From: a virus
Strand: one strand, 5' to 3'
IMG/VR virus record: IMGVR_UViG_3300012204_000008
Span: 41,458-105,457 of that record
DNA: 64,000 bases
The notes beneath the pieces are model-generated. The model did not search any database, was not told where the DNA came from, and was given only the letters and a program-made list of their open reading frames with translations. Below, one piece after another: positions 61,815 to 64,000 of the stretch. Numbering within the stretch: the stretch's first letter is position 1; every line of letters starts with the position of its first letter. A program made the translations under genes and the position numbers.

Positions 61815-62030
61815 ATGCTTACCACAATAATCGAGATCGGCGACCAGGTCGTTTTCCAGACCAACACGAACCGCTTCCTGGTCAAGATCACAAGTGTTTC
61901 AACTGCTTCGGAACGCCCCGGCTTCGCGGGTCAAGTACAGAATGGCCCGGAGAAAGGGGAATGGATTTGGGGCTACAACGACCAGGTCGTAAGGATCTAC
62001 AAGGGATACAGCAAGTTTTTCCGGCGCTGA
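61815..62030 (+). CDS. Hypothetical protein (SH3-like barrel possible)
   Basis: AAGGAGCTCCCAATG initiation region; EIGDQV.F. Confidence 0.6.
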   Translation: MLTTIIEIGDQVVFQTNTNRFLVKITSVSTASERPGFAGQVQNGPEKGEWIWGYNDQVVRIYKGYSKFFRR

Positions 62031-62043
62031 AAGGACCGATCCA

Positions 62044-62187
62044 ATGTACTACAGCTATCAAACAGATGAGGAAGTTCTTACCCTCATTGAGGCCTCTAGG
62101 CTACGAATCTCCTTGCGGGAGAACGGGATGAGGAATTCCGAGGCTGAGTACGCCGCAGTTGACGAAGGAGAAAAGATCTTCCTATGA
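62044..62187 (+). CDS. 47-aa hypothetical protein
   Basis: AAGGA RBS; read manually; ATGA overlap with next gene. Confidence 0.5.
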   Translation: MYYSYQTDEEVLTLIEASRLRISLRENGMRNSEAEYAAVDEGEKIFL

Positions 62188-62309
62188 GCCAAAGTCCGTT
62201 GATTTTTGCCCTCATAATCCTTGTAGCACTTGTTGATATCGCACTTTTCCTGTACGCTTCCAAGCTGAGTCTATGGGAAGGGAGCCAAGAAGGGGAGGAG
62301 GAGGCATGA
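62184..62309 (+). CDS. 41-aa single-TM membrane protein
   Basis: MSQSPLIFALIILVALVDIALFLY...; ATGA overlaps on both sides. Confidence 0.55.
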   Translation: MSQSPLIFALIILVALVDIALFLYASKLSLWEGSQEGEEEA

Positions 62310-62542
62310 GCCAGAGGGGAAAACTCAGGGTAGTTCACAAGGAGAATTACTGGGACATCGTCATGGATCCGGAGTTTGAACCGAATATAGAGAACGGGTA
62401 TACGACGGTAATTCAGCCGATGTTTTCGTTGAAAGACGACTTCGGCTCATGGGAAGAAGAGCTACCTAATCACTGGCTAAACAGTAGCGAAACTTTTTTC
62501 TCTTACAAAAGCGATCATAAAGAAGACGACTTTTTCCTGTAA
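62306..62542 (+). CDS. Hypothetical acidic protein
   Basis: GGAGGAGG RBS. Confidence 0.55.
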   Translation: MSQRGKLRVVHKENYWDIVMDPEFEPNIENGYTTVIQPMFSLKDDFGSWEEELPNHWLNSSETFFSYKSDHKEDDFFL

Positions 62543-62752
62543 AAAACGAATTCCAATTAGATCCAATAAGAGTTCCATGATCATGATCAGACGCGCGAAT
62601 GAATCCGATCAACCGAAAAATCATGACTCCTATGAATAAAAATAAACAGAAAACCTGAATTCATGAATATCCGCATCAAAAAACTCAATAAAATTTCCGC
62701 AATTCACCACAAATGCCATGCCACATATCCCCCATACATCCACATTTCCAAG

Positions 62753-62847
62753 TTGTACCCAAACCGAAGTTGTTGGTTTACGTGAAAGCCCTATAGGGCC
62801 CCCTAAAGCAACTATCACGTAAACCAAGAACCTCGGTTTGGGTGCAA
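62753..62847. repeat. Imperfect 33-bp inverted repeat
   Basis: 62753-62785 matches the reverse complement of 62815-62847 at 30/33 positions. Confidence 0.85.
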
Positions 62848-62866
62848 GGAATTTTGTAACAATATG

Positions 62867-62890
62867 ACCACCGATTTTCGGTGGTATACT
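62867..62890 (+). promoter_or_regulatory. Palindrome ACCACCGA-TTT-TCGGTGGT overlapping extended -10 TGGTATACT
   Basis: Read directly; 40 nt upstream of ATG 62930. Confidence 0.5.
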
Positions 62891-62929
62891 AGCTACAACA
62901 ACTACAGAAAGTACCCAAAAGAGAGGAAA

Positions 62930-64000
62930 ATGAACTTGCGGCCAACGAAACAAGAATGGAAAAAGAAAAGGGACCAAGAGCTCCAGAATTTCGTAAAGAA
63001 ATACATAGAGCAAGAGCTAGAGCGAGACGAGCCGTTCCTCTCAAATAACGCCCTAGAAATCCACCAACAAGCCGAATACGCCTACCTCCCGACACCTTCC
63101 AAATTACTTTATGCCGACTTTAAAGAATGGGCGAAGACACAAATCAACCCAGAGATCTCCCCCATGCTCCGCATGGAAATTGACACAATCCACCTCTCCA
63201 TCCTCGCAGACGCTTTCCTAACAGCCTTCTCCGACATCGTCGGATATGAAACATGCGAACCGATAAATTCAGTATCAAAACGAAGGGAGATAACTTCTGT
63301 AAGGGCTTGGCCGGGTGTGATTTTCAAAACGAACGGACCAAACACCCACAGGAATCTCAAAAGAGCCCGCCATCCAACTGAAACCGGATGGGAGAGGGGC
63401 AAGAGAAGAGAGCTGGCACAACAGCGAGCCCAAAAAGAAGGCCGAAGAAACAGAAGCAAGGATCTCTTTCCACTCCACCCCTCAAAAGAAGAGATACTAA
63501 CAGTAGTAAAGTCTTTCTTTCAAGAAAGAGTAGAGTTCGGAGAAGGCGAAATTCTAGCCGACGAGCTCTATTTCTCGATAAAAGAATTCGCGAGACAAAA
63601 CCCAGAAAAAAAGAGTCAAGAAATCGCCAAAGCGCTAGAAAGCTGGAAGGTAATGGGCGCAGCCGTAAAAGAGGTGATCTTGACTCTCCATAATATCCCA
63701 GAGGAACTCCAAAGAGCGGACCCAGATCCTTTCAACAATAAAAAGCGTTCCGCCTCTCTAATTCACCTCCCATACAAAGAGAAACGATATTTCCCTCCCG
63801 ATTACGAAGGAGACAAGAAACGTAACAGAGTAAGACGAAGAGGAAAAGAAGACACAAGTGTAGCTACCAACAGAACGGGTAGACAATGGGCAAAAGCAAT
63901 GGAGTCTGAAGCACAAAGAAGAGAGAGAAAAAGAAAGGAAAAACTACAGAAACCAGACCCAAGTTTCGATCTCTCTAGAGTTTATGTTTCAGGAACGAAA
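62930..64000 (+). CDS. Large basic protein running off the window end (absent from the ORF track); possible tandem winged-helix DNA-binding domains
   Basis: GAGAGG RBS; frame read manually with no stop through 64000 (MNLRPTKQEWKKKRDQELQNFVKKYIE...). Confidence 0.7.
   Translation, partial: MNLRPTKQEWKKKRDQELQNFVKKYIEQELERDEPFLSNNALEIHQQAEYAYLPTPSKLLYADFKEWAKTQINPEISPMLRMEIDTIHLSILADAFLTAFSDIVGYETCEPINSVSKRREITSVRAWPGVIFKTNGPNTHRNLKRARHPTETGWERGKRRELAQQRAQKEGRRNRSKDLFPLHPSKEEILTVVKSFFQERVEFGEGEILADELYFSIKEFARQNPEKKSQEIAKALESWKVMGAAVKEVILTLHNIPEELQRADPDPFNNKKRSASLIHLPYKEKRYFPPDYEGDKKRNRVRRRGKEDTSVATNRTGRQWAKAMESEAQRRERKRKEKLQKPDPSFDLSRVYVSGTK

Noticed and set aside
62081-62102. CCCTCA...CTAGGCT as a third copy of the promoter motif
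   Set aside because: Spacing is 5 nt shorter and it lies inside a small ORF

Overview
A 64-kb segment of a tailed dsDNA phage of actinobacteriophage type (siphovirus-like; head genes resemble the mycobacteriophage cluster B architecture). Nearly all genes lie on the + strand. Order: 3' part of dnaE; HNH-like endonuclease; VOC-like, SDR and intein-split ThyX genes; RuvC-like resolvase; terminase; portal; prohead protease fused to a 2H phosphoesterase; two capsid-type genes; tail genes interrupted by a secreted phosphatase; tape measure with M23 and SLT domains; minor tail genes; a three-gene lysin cassette; a sugar synthesis/glycosyltransferase cluster; holin and secreted accessory genes; an FtsK/TraB-like ATPase; then small early-type genes. 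The strongest signal is a ~1.3-kb island (58493-59791) with no GA or TC dinucleotide on either strand. It encodes a 197-aa protein with no Asp or Glu and uses a GA-free ribosome-binding site. It is flanked by TC-rich DNA on the left and GA-rich DNA on the right, by repeats at 23-bp spacing and by repeated promoter-like motifs. My inference is a context-specific (GA/TC) DNA modification or defence from which this control region is kept exempt. Other notable points: an apparent frameshift after 8 codons of the tape measure gene, a helix motif shared by the three lysin-cassette proteins, in-frame internal starts, and a segment-permuted papain-like peptidase. No tRNA, rRNA or CRISPR array was seen. 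All product calls come from motif recognition by eye, with no database searches.
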